Assembly (NCBI GenBank): GCA_020634155.1
Contig: JACKCI010000001.1
Location: forward strand, 982,711-1,046,710
Direction of reading: 5' to 3'
Source of the DNA: Anaerolineales bacterium
GTDB taxonomy: Bacteria; Chloroflexota; Anaerolineae; Aggregatilineales; J027
DNA: 64,000 nt
Positions 27,824 to 36,284 of this stretch are shown here, piece by piece (position 1 is the stretch's first letter; the number at the start of each line of letters is the position of its first letter). A program made the translations under genes and the position numbers. Under the pieces are notes generated by a model. That model was not told the origin of the DNA. It worked only from the letters and a program-made list of their open reading frames with translations, and ran no database searches.

Positions 27824-29698
27824 CTAACCGAGTTTCATCTTATCCAAGAGCAATTCCTTGGCTTTGCCCTGCTTCGTGGGGTCAGTTGAGATAATCGACT
27901 GTTTCATATCATCCGCATTGCCGCCAAAGAAGTGCTTAAGAAGGTCTTCGATGGTTGTCCGCAAGGTCACTTTGGCGGGTACCCCCGTCACAGGCTTCTG
28001 TGGATTGTGCTTGGGATTGTCCACCATCTGATCGCCCTCGTCGCCCGGCAACAACGCCGCTCGAATACCATCGAACACGGTATCGCCCGCAGCCCCTTTG
28101 TCATATTTCTCCAAATAGGCCTTGAGTTCGGCTTGGCGTTCTTCCATGGTCAGTTTACCACTCTTGTTCTTGCTGATGAGATTATTAAACCAGCCCTTCG
28201 CCGTTACCCCACCTTTGCCCGTGAACATATCGCGCCGCCAAATATCCTTCTTGCGGGTGTCAGCATCGGCACTCGCGCCCGTTGCAGCTTGCCCAGCAAT
28301 AGTGCCGCTTTGGATGTACTCATCCACCAATACTTTTTCAGCATTCATACGGGTTACGTTGGACTTGCGGATAGAGCGCTTGACCGCCATGCCAATAAAG
28401 AAACTTAGAGCGCCCACAATCGCAATGCCCGACAAAACCCAGCCCACAGGGCCAGCCGCCGCGCCTGCACCGAGCGTTGCCGCAAAAAGGGCCGCCGCCC
28501 CACCCGCGCCTACCAGATTGGTCACGCCACTGGTAATCTTGCTCTTAAAGCCCAGTTTGCGGTGGGAGACGGCTAAAGAACGTCGCATGGCATCAATTTT
28601 GTCGAATTTCTGCTCGGCCTGTAGAATTTCGGGGCCAAGAGCCAAAATCTGCTGGTCAGATTGGTCGCGTTGGGTCTCCATCTGTGTCTTGCGATTTCTT
28701 AAGGTTTGCAGGCCTTGTGTAATTTTTTGAATATCGCTCGAAGAGCGTGACCGTAGTTGACCACTGGTGCGTAATGTATTTATTTGCTGGACTTTTTGAC
28801 TAATAACAAGCAATTCTTTTTCGGCATCTTCTTTGCGGGTGGTGTGCTGCTGCAATTGCTGCTTTTTGTCGTTCATGGTTTGCTCAACGCTACCCATCAA
28901 CGACATATACGCTGTCATGGTGTTACCAACTTGCGATTGCGCCCGACCCCGTTTAACCGCATTGAAGAAATCGCGGATGGCGTTGATGGTACTCACCACC
29001 ATACCAAGGGCGGCCCCAACACTAAAAGCAACTGCCGCCGTCACACCTTGGGTCGCCCCATTGATAATGCCGGAAACGCCGCTGGCGATACTCCCAATAC
29101 CCTCGGCTGTGCCTTTTTGGGCAGCCGACCGCTTGCGCTTCAGCAATTCAACGGTTGCAAACAGCGCCTTGTCCCCACCTTTATAGGCCGTTTCATGGGT
29201 CTCTAGCTCCTTGTTAGCATCATACCAGTCCTTGGCACTCATACCAACTTTGCCTAGACCCATCGCAGTACCGATGGAACCTGTTGTAACTGACATCACT
29301 TGCCCAACAGTACCCAGCCCCATACCCGTCATGGCGTTACCCGTGCCATTATTAAGCGCTGAACTGGCATTATCAGCCGCCGCACCAATTGAAAGACCTT
29401 GGGTTGGGTCAGTCCCTAAGTAGTCACCAATGGTTCCGGCCAAGTCAATAAAACCGGGGTCATCCGTGAGAACATTCCCGACCTTCCGCGCACGAGTACG
29501 CCCCACCCGCTGAATAGCTGGCGAATGTTGTTGTGAAAGGAGGCGTTGAACAGAGCGATTACCATGGGTGCGTTGTAAGCGTTGAATTTGCTGCGGTGTT
29601 AGTTGGACAGAAGATTGTTTTTGAGCTACTTGAAGAAGGGGAGGTGGTTGATTCTTGTTTTTAGGTTGCTGAGTCGGCAACACATGTTTTCTGGACAT
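27824..29698 (-). CDS. Large hypothetical membrane-active protein (leader motif, glycine-zipper regions, coiled coil, TM hairpin, C-terminal soluble domain)
   Basis: 624-aa ORF. Residues 38-54 are IQRLQRTHGNRSVQRLL. Gly-rich amphipathic segments (GMGLGTVGQVMSVTTGSIGTAMGLGKVGM; GIGSIASGVSGIINGATQGVTAAVAFSVGAALGMVV). Gln/Lys/Arg-rich heptad-like region. Hydrophobic hairpin LVGAGGAAALFAATLGAGAAAGPVGWVLSGIAIVGALSFFIGMAV. Confidence 0.7.
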   Translation of the reverse strand: MSRKHVLPTQQPKNKNQPPPLLQVAQKQSSVQLTPQQIQRLQRTHGNRSVQRLLSQQHSPAIQRVGRTRARKVGNVLTDDPGFIDLAGTIGDYLGTDPTQGLSIGAAADNASSALNNGTGNAMTGMGLGTVGQVMSVTTGSIGTAMGLGKVGMSAKDWYDANKELETHETAYKGGDKALFATVELLKRKRSAAQKGTAEGIGSIASGVSGIINGATQGVTAAVAFSVGAALGMVVSTINAIRDFFNAVKRGRAQSQVGNTMTAYMSLMGSVEQTMNDKKQQLQQHTTRKEDAEKELLVISQKVQQINTLRTSGQLRSRSSSDIQKITQGLQTLRNRKTQMETQRDQSDQQILALGPEILQAEQKFDKIDAMRRSLAVSHRKLGFKSKITSGVTNLVGAGGAAALFAATLGAGAAAGPVGWVLSGIAIVGALSFFIGMAVKRSIRKSNVTRMNAEKVLVDEYIQSGTIAGQAATGASADADTRKKDIWRRDMFTGKGGVTAKGWFNNLISKNKSGKLTMEERQAELKAYLEKYDKGAAGDTVFDGIRAALLPGDEGDQMVDNPKHNPQKPVTGVPAKVTLRTTIEDLLKHFFGGNADDMKQSIISTDPTKQGKAKELLLDKMKLG

Positions 29699-29737
29699 TG
29701 CTATCTTTCCCCGATAAATCTCACGTTACATAACTTC

Positions 29738-29767
29738 ATTATATATTTCTGTCGCACATTCCCACAA
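29738..29767 (-). promoter_or_regulatory. Candidate promoter for the 624-aa gene
   Basis: On the minus strand: TTGTGG (29767-29762), 18-nt spacer, perfect TATAAT (29743-29738). It lies about 40 nt upstream of the ATG at 29698. Confidence 0.4.
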
Positions 29768-29782
29768 GCAAAGGGCGGTGAA

Positions 29783-29811
29783 TTATCACCCAACCCCAAG
29801 ATTGGTGATAA
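29783..29811 (-). terminator. 8-bp perfect inverted repeat just downstream of the GH1 gene (hairpin; terminator or operator)
   Basis: TTATCACC (29783-29790) and GGTGATAA (29804-29811), 13-nt loop, 7 nt after the GH1 stop. No clear U-tract. Confidence 0.3.
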
Positions 29812-29817
29812 GCGCTA

Positions 29818-31137
29818 CTAAGCTCGTTGGCGATGAATCAAATCTTGATAGTAACGGGCACTTTGCTTCAAGGTGCGCTTCTGGGTGGCATAATCAACAT
29901 AAACAATCCCAAAGCGACGGGTATAGCCCCATGCCCACTCAAAATTATCCATTAGGCTCCACACGAAATAACCCTTGAGCGGAACCTCTTCGGCAATAGC
30001 CCGCGCCGCCGCTGCAAAATGCTCCTGTAAATACAACACCCGCTCAGGATCATTCACCGTGTTGTTGACGGGTTCAGGGTCAGCAAAGGCTGCACCATTT
30101 TCGGTCACATAAAGCGTAGGCACCTGATACTCTTTGTGCAAGCGCATCAACCATTGATAAAGGCCATCGGGGTAGATTTCCCACCCCATCTGCGTTTGGG
30201 GATTATCGGGGTGCGTAAAGTCCTCAAAGGGCAAGATACCACCGGATACCGCCCGAACCATGCGCCGCATATAGTAATTAATGCCAAGATAATCCAATGG
30301 AACCTGAGCCGCCTTGACCGCCTCAACATCGATTCCATGAAGGATGTCGCCCAATACCTCAACCATATCCGTTGGATATTGACCGCGCATGACGGGATCA
30401 AGAAACCAGCGATTTTGGAAACTATCGAATAGCTTGGCGGCAGCTTCGTCAGCAGGGGTTATGGGGGACACAGCGTACAAATCCAAGACGATTCCGGCTC
30501 TGGCATCTGGCACCTGCTGTCGAATAACTGGCACAGCGGCCCCATGTGCCAACAACAAATGATGGGCTACCCGACAAGCCAGCGCCAAATCGTAGTTACC
30601 CGGCGCATGACGGCCTTGCCAGTTACCTGCAAAGCTAGCAACACGTGGCTCATTGTGGGTTGTCCAATGCTTCACACGGTCTCCGAGACGACTAGTCATC
30701 AAGGCTGTGTATTCGGCAAACCATTGTGGGCTATCGGGGTTCTCCCACCCACCCCTGTCCTGCAACGCTTGGGGCAAATCCCAATGGTAGAGGGTCAAAT
30801 AGGGTTGGATGCCCGCTGCCAACAGTTCATCAACCAAGCGGTCATAAAAATCAAGGCCTAGCGGGTTGGGTTGTCCCGTCCCTTGGGGCAATACCCGCGC
30901 CCATGCCACCGAGAAACGATACCCGTTGAGACCAAGAGACTTCATCAACTGCACATCTTCAGGGTAGCGGTGGTAATGGTCACAGGCAATATCGCCCGTA
31001 TGCCCTTCGCGTATCATGCCGGGGGTATGCGAGAAGCGCGTCCAGATACACTCCCCGCGCCCATCCTCAAGGCCGCCCCCTTCAATCTGATAAGCGGCAG
31101 TGGCGGCTCCCCAAATAAAATCCTTTGGAAAATTCAT
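29818..31137 (-). CDS. Beta-glucosidase (GH1)
   Basis: FIWGAATAAYQIEGG, TTHNEPRV (acid/base), YVTENGAAF (nucleophile). Confidence 0.95.
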   Translation of the reverse strand: MNFPKDFIWGAATAAYQIEGGGLEDGRGECIWTRFSHTPGMIREGHTGDIACDHYHRYPEDVQLMKSLGLNGYRFSVAWARVLPQGTGQPNPLGLDFYDRLVDELLAAGIQPYLTLYHWDLPQALQDRGGWENPDSPQWFAEYTALMTSRLGDRVKHWTTHNEPRVASFAGNWQGRHAPGNYDLALACRVAHHLLLAHGAAVPVIRQQVPDARAGIVLDLYAVSPITPADEAAAKLFDSFQNRWFLDPVMRGQYPTDMVEVLGDILHGIDVEAVKAAQVPLDYLGINYYMRRMVRAVSGGILPFEDFTHPDNPQTQMGWEIYPDGLYQWLMRLHKEYQVPTLYVTENGAAFADPEPVNNTVNDPERVLYLQEHFAAAARAIAEEVPLKGYFVWSLMDNFEWAWGYTRRFGIVYVDYATQKRTLKQSARYYQDLIHRQRA

Positions 31138-31180
31138 CGTTGTATCCTCTCATGCAATTGGCTTGATAATAGCGTCACCC

Positions 31181-34100
31181 TCAAGAGGCTGCATTCATCA
31201 ACACCAAGGCCACAGGTGTTAAGTCCCCGCGCATGGTATAGGCCAGCAATTCAAGCTTCTGGAACTCCGCCGCCAACAGCCCCGGTCGCTTCAGGAAGGC
31301 CACCGCTCGTTGATAAGCATCAACCGCAGCAGACATACGCTCCCGTTGCAGCAAGACCAGACCAGCAAAAGCTAATCCCTTGGAAAAATAGTCGAGGGGG
31401 TACTGGGGTTGAATGAGAATGGCCTCGCCAAAAACCTCATCGGCTCCACTATCATCATTCTGATAAAGCGCTGAAATCCCCAGACCCACTAAGCCATCCA
31501 ATCGGGCGGGCATGGAATGGGCTGTTTGGCTGGCGATTTCAAAGGCACCCTTAGCTCCGCCAAAATCATGGCTTGCCAATAGACACCACCCTAGCGCGGT
31601 ATAAGCCACATCCATCTCTATTTGCAACCGTTGAGCCAGCACCACCGCCTGTTGGCAAGCTTCTAGCGCTTCGGGCAACCGCCCAAGCGTGCGCTGTAAA
31701 CTGCCTAAATAGGCTATCAAAGCAGGATGGCTAGTGCCAATGGTGTGTTCAAGGGCAATTGCCTGTTGTAGATAATCGACGCTAGGTTCATAGGCCCCCA
31801 CTTCCCGATACAGGGTACCCAACGCTGCCAACATCTCGGCCTCAGCATGGCGATTACCCACTGAGCGCCAGTATTGTAGGGCGTTATAAGCCAAATGAGC
31901 CGCTTGCTCCGGTTGGCCTTGGTCAGCCATTACTAAAGCCAGCCGCTGCAAATGTGAGGCCCGCAAGCGCTTATCATCGCCTGCGCTATCAAGAGCCTGT
32001 TGGCATAGTGCAAGAGCCATATCAAGCTGGCCCTGTTCATGGCGCAACTGCCCTAGGTCACCTAGGGTGCGGCTCTCAAGTCGGGTAGCACCGAGTTTGC
32101 GTACTAGAACCAAGCACGCATCGAGGCGTTCATTCGCGCTATCCCACTGCCCCTGCATCAAATCAATCTCTGCCAAGCGTCCGAGGGCATCGGCTGCCAG
32201 TAATGGGTAGGCTTCGGCTTGTAGTAGCACCTGCTCATATAGACGACGGCTTTCTTCCAAGTTCTTGACCCGCTGATAGGCTTCGCCCAGATTAAGTAGT
32301 AGTTGATAGCGCTGCGAATCGGGCAAGCCAGCAGCCAAAGCACGATTGATAGCAGCGATAGCGTCATAATAAGCACCTACCGCCAAGGCATTATCAGCCA
32401 TTTGCAGCCAATAGCTTAGAGCTTTAGCCTCCTCATGGGCGGCTTCCCAATGGTCAGCGAGAGCGGGATGCGGCGTATCAGGATAGGCGGCCTCCAGCGC
32501 AAGGGCCACCCGTTGATGGTAGTCGGGAATCTCTGCGTTAGGAATTAGGGTCAGAATACTCTCACGCAGCTTGTCATGGGCAAAACGCCAGCGCCCTTCC
32601 CACACCTCGAAGACACCCGCTTCAGCACAAGTGAAGGCGAAATAGAGCAGCCAGTCTTCACGGTAGGGTGTCGGCGGGAATTGATTGAGGACATTGAAGT
32701 CGAGTTCACGCCCATAGACGGCGGCTATCCGCAACGCCTCATGCGCCCATGTTGGTACATGCTTGAGATAGCGCTGCATGATAACGTCCGGCCCGCCAAA
32801 GTAAATGCGCTCTGGCAAGACCATCTGATTGATATTGCTCAGGCGTCCAGCTTCCTCTGCCAAAGCACGCACCAACTCCACCACCAACCACACATTGCCA
32901 CTGGTCTCACGTTGAAGCAACTCCACCACGTCGGGTCGGGTCTCCCCTAGCATCGAACCACTGAGAGCCTCAATCTGGGGCGTGTCGAAAGGCGTAAGAA
33001 GTAATTGATGAGACCCCGCCACTTGCAAGTCACCCGCCGCCTCGCTGCGATAGCTGCCCACAATCATAAGGGTATGGTCAACGCTAATGGTGCTGAGACG
33101 TTTGAGAACTTCAAGGCTCTGGCCTGCCCAATGCAAGTCCTCAATCATCAGAACCGTCGGTTGTTGCTGGCGGCGGAATAAGGCAGCAATCACATCCAAC
33201 AATTGCCCATCATCAACCGCCACCTCATCGCCAACGGGTAGCCCACTCAGTGCATAAACATCAGGAATAATCTGGCGCAAGACCGCCGCTTCGATAGGGT
33301 CAAGAGTCGTCCGCAAGAGCAGTTGGCGCAAGGGTTCGCGCCATAGCAAATAAGGCGTGGTTTTCTCTGCCACCATCTGTCCGGTAATGACCAATGCGCC
33401 CCGCGTGAGAGCCTGAATGCGAAACTCCTCCAGCAAACGTGACTTACCTACCCCACTCTCGCCACCGATGAGCCATGTGCTGCCCTTACCTGCCAACATG
33501 TCGTCTAGTGCAAGCGTGAGTTGCTCTAGCTCCACCTCGCGCCCAATAAAACTAGCGGCCTGCAAGAAGCTTTCCCGTACTGCGCTGGTCTCCTCTGGAA
33601 GTGGCTGATCAAGGGACGAGCATAAATCATGAATGACACTGGCGGCATCGGTGTAGCGATATTGCGGATCTTTACTAAGTAACTTGCCCACAATCGCGGC
33701 TAGATTATGCAAGGAACGCGGTGGCTCTGGGTTTAACAGTGGTGTGGCCTCAACCGCATCAACAATAGTCGTTGGCTCTAGTTCAGCCGTTGGCAGGGTT
33801 GGCTCCAGTGCCGCTGTCTCTACCAATACGCTCGACCCAAAATCAGCCTTAGCGAGTGGAGCCGCCGTCGATTCGCTATCCAGCCCCTCTAGCACACTGA
33901 GGTCAGGCATGGTGGATAAAATTTGCGTCCGCAGATTGACCATATCATGGACATTGAAGGGGTGCCGTCCCGCCAGCAGTTCATAGGCCATCACCCCCAC
34001 CGCATACAAATCCGAAGCAGCGGTACTGGGCTGGTTAATCAACACTTCAGGGGCCATATACGAGAGAGTACCCGCCACATCGGCACCCTGCTGCTGCTGA

Positions 34101-34552
34101 ATCGCCAAGCCAAAATCAACCACCTTGACTTGACCATTAACCACCAGCACATTACCCGGCTTCAAATCACGGTGCAACACCCCACGCCGATGTAAATAGG
34201 CCAGTGCTAACAAGACCTCAATCAACAACCGAACTCGCTCGCTAACCGTTTGATGCAGTGCCGCCTCAAAGATGGTACGGGCGTCTTGTAAATACTCCAT
34301 TGTGAAGTAGGGCTGCTGGTCTTGGTCGAAGCCATAATCCAGCACCGAGACCACATGGGGGTGCCGCAGGCTGGCAAGGGTGCGAAACTCACGGGTGAGC
34401 GATTCACGGTTGCGGTCTTCAAATTGGGTGGCAAATACCCGCTTGAGGGCAACGGCCTGCCCCGTGAGGCGGTCGGTGGCCTGATAAACAGCCCCCATAC
34501 CCCCACGCCCAATCATGGTATGCAAAATATAGCGGTTGTCGAGTATCGTCAT
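31181..34552 (-). CDS. Ser/Thr protein kinase fused to AAA/STAND-type P-loop ATPase and TPR array
   Basis: GRGGMGAVY, HRDLKPGNVLV, DFGLA, GTLSYMAPE, then P-loop GGESGVGKSRLL, then a TPR-like helical repeat region of about 450 aa. ATG at 34552 after AAGGGGG. Confidence 0.9.
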   Translation of the reverse strand: MTILDNRYILHTMIGRGGMGAVYQATDRLTGQAVALKRVFATQFEDRNRESLTREFRTLASLRHPHVVSVLDYGFDQDQQPYFTMEYLQDARTIFEAALHQTVSERVRLLIEVLLALAYLHRRGVLHRDLKPGNVLVVNGQVKVVDFGLAIQQQQGADVAGTLSYMAPEVLINQPSTAASDLYAVGVMAYELLAGRHPFNVHDMVNLRTQILSTMPDLSVLEGLDSESTAAPLAKADFGSSVLVETAALEPTLPTAELEPTTIVDAVEATPLLNPEPPRSLHNLAAIVGKLLSKDPQYRYTDAASVIHDLCSSLDQPLPEETSAVRESFLQAASFIGREVELEQLTLALDDMLAGKGSTWLIGGESGVGKSRLLEEFRIQALTRGALVITGQMVAEKTTPYLLWREPLRQLLLRTTLDPIEAAVLRQIIPDVYALSGLPVGDEVAVDDGQLLDVIAALFRRQQQPTVLMIEDLHWAGQSLEVLKRLSTISVDHTLMIVGSYRSEAAGDLQVAGSHQLLLTPFDTPQIEALSGSMLGETRPDVVELLQRETSGNVWLVVELVRALAEEAGRLSNINQMVLPERIYFGGPDVIMQRYLKHVPTWAHEALRIAAVYGRELDFNVLNQFPPTPYREDWLLYFAFTCAEAGVFEVWEGRWRFAHDKLRESILTLIPNAEIPDYHQRVALALEAAYPDTPHPALADHWEAAHEEAKALSYWLQMADNALAVGAYYDAIAAINRALAAGLPDSQRYQLLLNLGEAYQRVKNLEESRRLYEQVLLQAEAYPLLAADALGRLAEIDLMQGQWDSANERLDACLVLVRKLGATRLESRTLGDLGQLRHEQGQLDMALALCQQALDSAGDDKRLRASHLQRLALVMADQGQPEQAAHLAYNALQYWRSVGNRHAEAEMLAALGTLYREVGAYEPSVDYLQQAIALEHTIGTSHPALIAYLGSLQRTLGRLPEALEACQQAVVLAQRLQIEMDVAYTALGWCLLASHDFGGAKGAFEIASQTAHSMPARLDGLVGLGISALYQNDDSGADEVFGEAILIQPQYPLDYFSKGLAFAGLVLLQRERMSAAVDAYQRAVAFLKRPGLLAAEFQKLELLAYTMRGDLTPVALVLMNAAS

Positions 34553-34580
34553 GCCAGCCCCCTTTGGTTGCAATAGTGGC

Positions 34581-34610
34581 ATTATAGTCTCGACAACCAC
34601 CGACGGGCAA
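34581..34610 (-). promoter_or_regulatory. Candidate promoter for the kinase-AAA-TPR gene
   Basis: On the minus strand: TTGCCC (34610-34605), 18-nt spacer, TATAAT (34586-34581). Confidence 0.45.
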
Positions 34611-34614
34611 TTTG

Positions 34615-35481
34615 CTACGGTTGTTGATTCATCAGCCAGATATAGCCATCTTCTAGGCTTGGCTCAATTGCAGTCGGCTGATAGAGGCTATCTGGTTGAC
34701 CCAACACGCGGTACTGCACCCCCTCTTGGACTTGACGGGTGGATACAATCGCCACCCCACCATTAGGCCGCTCTCCATCAGTAGTGACATGCCAAACCTT
34801 GCCTTTAGCATTTTGGATGAGGTCACGCGGCGCACCCCGAAAGACCACTGCTCCATCGCGGATAACCGCCAAATCATTGCAACTTTGGTTGATGTCTTCC
34901 ACAATGTGAGTCGAGAGAATAATAGTACAGGTGGCAGCCATGTCCGAGAGCAAGTTGCGGAGCCGTACCCGTTCTTCGGGGTCAAGGCCCACCGTCGGCT
35001 CATCGACAATCAGCAACTTGGGGTTGCCAAGGAGGGCTTGGGCAATGCCTACACGCCGCTTCATGCCGCCAGAGTATGATTTCAAGCGTCGGTTAGCGAC
35101 ATCGGATAAGCGCACCTTCTCCAACACTTCATCAATCTCGCGTTGACGGCGCTGGCTATCGGTAATGCCTTTGAGGATGGCTACATAATCCAAAAACTCA
35201 CGCGCCGTAAGGGTCTGGTATAGCCCAAACTCTTGCGGTAGATAACCCAACAGCCCCTTAGCGGCTTGCTTGCCTTTGAGGGTCGCCATATCATGCCCAA
35301 ATACCGTGACCCGTCCATCCGTCGGTTTGAGCAAACCCGCCACAATCCGCATAAGGGTGGTCTTGCCCGCACCGTTAGCACCTAACAGCCCGAACATCTT
35401 ATTCTCAATGGTAAGGTCAATACCCTTGAGAGCTTGGATATTGCCTTTGTAGGTCTTGGTTAGATTTTGAATTTCGATCAT
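34615..35481 (-). CDS. ABC transporter ATP-binding protein
   Basis: Walker A GANGAGKTT, signature YSGGMKRRVGIA, Walker B LLIVDEPTVGLD. ATG at 35481 (MIEIQNLTKTY). Confidence 0.9.
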   Translation of the reverse strand: MIEIQNLTKTYKGNIQALKGIDLTIENKMFGLLGANGAGKTTLMRIVAGLLKPTDGRVTVFGHDMATLKGKQAAKGLLGYLPQEFGLYQTLTAREFLDYVAILKGITDSQRRQREIDEVLEKVRLSDVANRRLKSYSGGMKRRVGIAQALLGNPKLLIVDEPTVGLDPEERVRLRNLLSDMAATCTIILSTHIVEDINQSCNDLAVIRDGAVVFRGAPRDLIQNAKGKVWHVTTDGERPNGGVAIVSTRQVQEGVQYRVLGQPDSLYQPTAIEPSLEDGYIWLMNQQP

Positions 35482-35495
35482 GCTACTACTCCCGT

Positions 35496-36284
35496 TTAAT
35501 ACCCATTCCGCCAGCGAAGCCATGCCACCGCGCCCAACCACGCCAGCGCCAACTGCGCCAACCCGCTGAGAATGGTGATAGTGGGTGATAAGGCCCCTAT
35601 CTCATCGTCAATAGCCGACACATCGGTATAATGAAAAAACACACCGGGGCGGAAGGAATTGAAGATGTCCAGCCAATCGTTGCGAGGGTCAAAGCCGATG
35701 ATGAACCAAGGCAATACAATTACCCCAACAGCTACCGCGACAGCCATCCGACTATCCGGCATCCGAAACGCCAGCACAATAACCAGCCCGACATTAATAA
35801 CCATCAGCGGCAAGGCCCCGACTAACCAGATTTCGAGGTAGGATAGTATGTTGAAAGGCGCAATGATGATATACCACAACACCGCCATCACAATCGCACC
35901 CGGCACCAATCCACTCAAGGCAGTCACCCATCCTGCTATCAACTTACCCGTTAGATAAGTTGTGCTGCTCATGGGTGTACTGTGCAAAATCTCGATCACG
36001 CCAATTTGTCGGTCACGTGGGATAAGATTCACCAGCACAAATGGCAACAACACACAGACCGATGTCACCGCCAATATAAAGGTCAGGCTAGTGATTGCAT
36101 CTGTTGAGGCCGTTGCAAATTTATCTCTAAATTCACGGTCCGTATTGAACTCGGATGCCATCAAAACGATGGTCGTTACCATAATCAGCAACATCGCTAA
36201 GGCAATCACAATCATGCCGCGTTGCCGCCACTGCATCCGATATTCCACACGGGCAATCGCCCACATCTGGTAAAGTGCGTTCAC
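35496..36284 (-). CDS. ABC-2 type transporter permease
   Basis: 262 aa with about 6 TM helices, immediately upstream of the ATPase. GTGA overlap with the upstream gene. Confidence 0.7.
   Translation of the reverse strand: MNALYQMWAIARVEYRMQWRQRGMIVIALAMLLIMVTTIVLMASEFNTDREFRDKFATASTDAITSLTFILAVTSVCVLLPFVLVNLIPRDRQIGVIEILHSTPMSSTTYLTGKLIAGWVTALSGLVPGAIVMAVLWYIIIAPFNILSYLEIWLVGALPLMVINVGLVIVLAFRMPDSRMAVAVAVGVIVLPWFIIGFDPRNDWLDIFNSFRPGVFFHYTDVSAIDDEIGALSPTITILSGLAQLALAWLGAVAWLRWRNGY

Noticed and set aside
27932-29206. Several 117-202-aa plus-strand ORFs (27932-28408, 28122-28730, 28784-29206, 28833-29186) opposite the 624-aa gene.
   Set aside because: - They are mutually overlapping shadow ORFs with Ala/Pro/Arg-rich composition and no start context.
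- The minus-strand frame is continuous for 1875 nt with a coherent domain organisation.
27300-31200. Looked for contractile-injection, T6SS, T7SS or T3SS structural genes around the leader-motif protein.
   Set aside because: None is present in this window: the flanks are GH1, FGGY and kinase genes. Any link to a secretion or injection machine is speculative and must be tested genome-wide.
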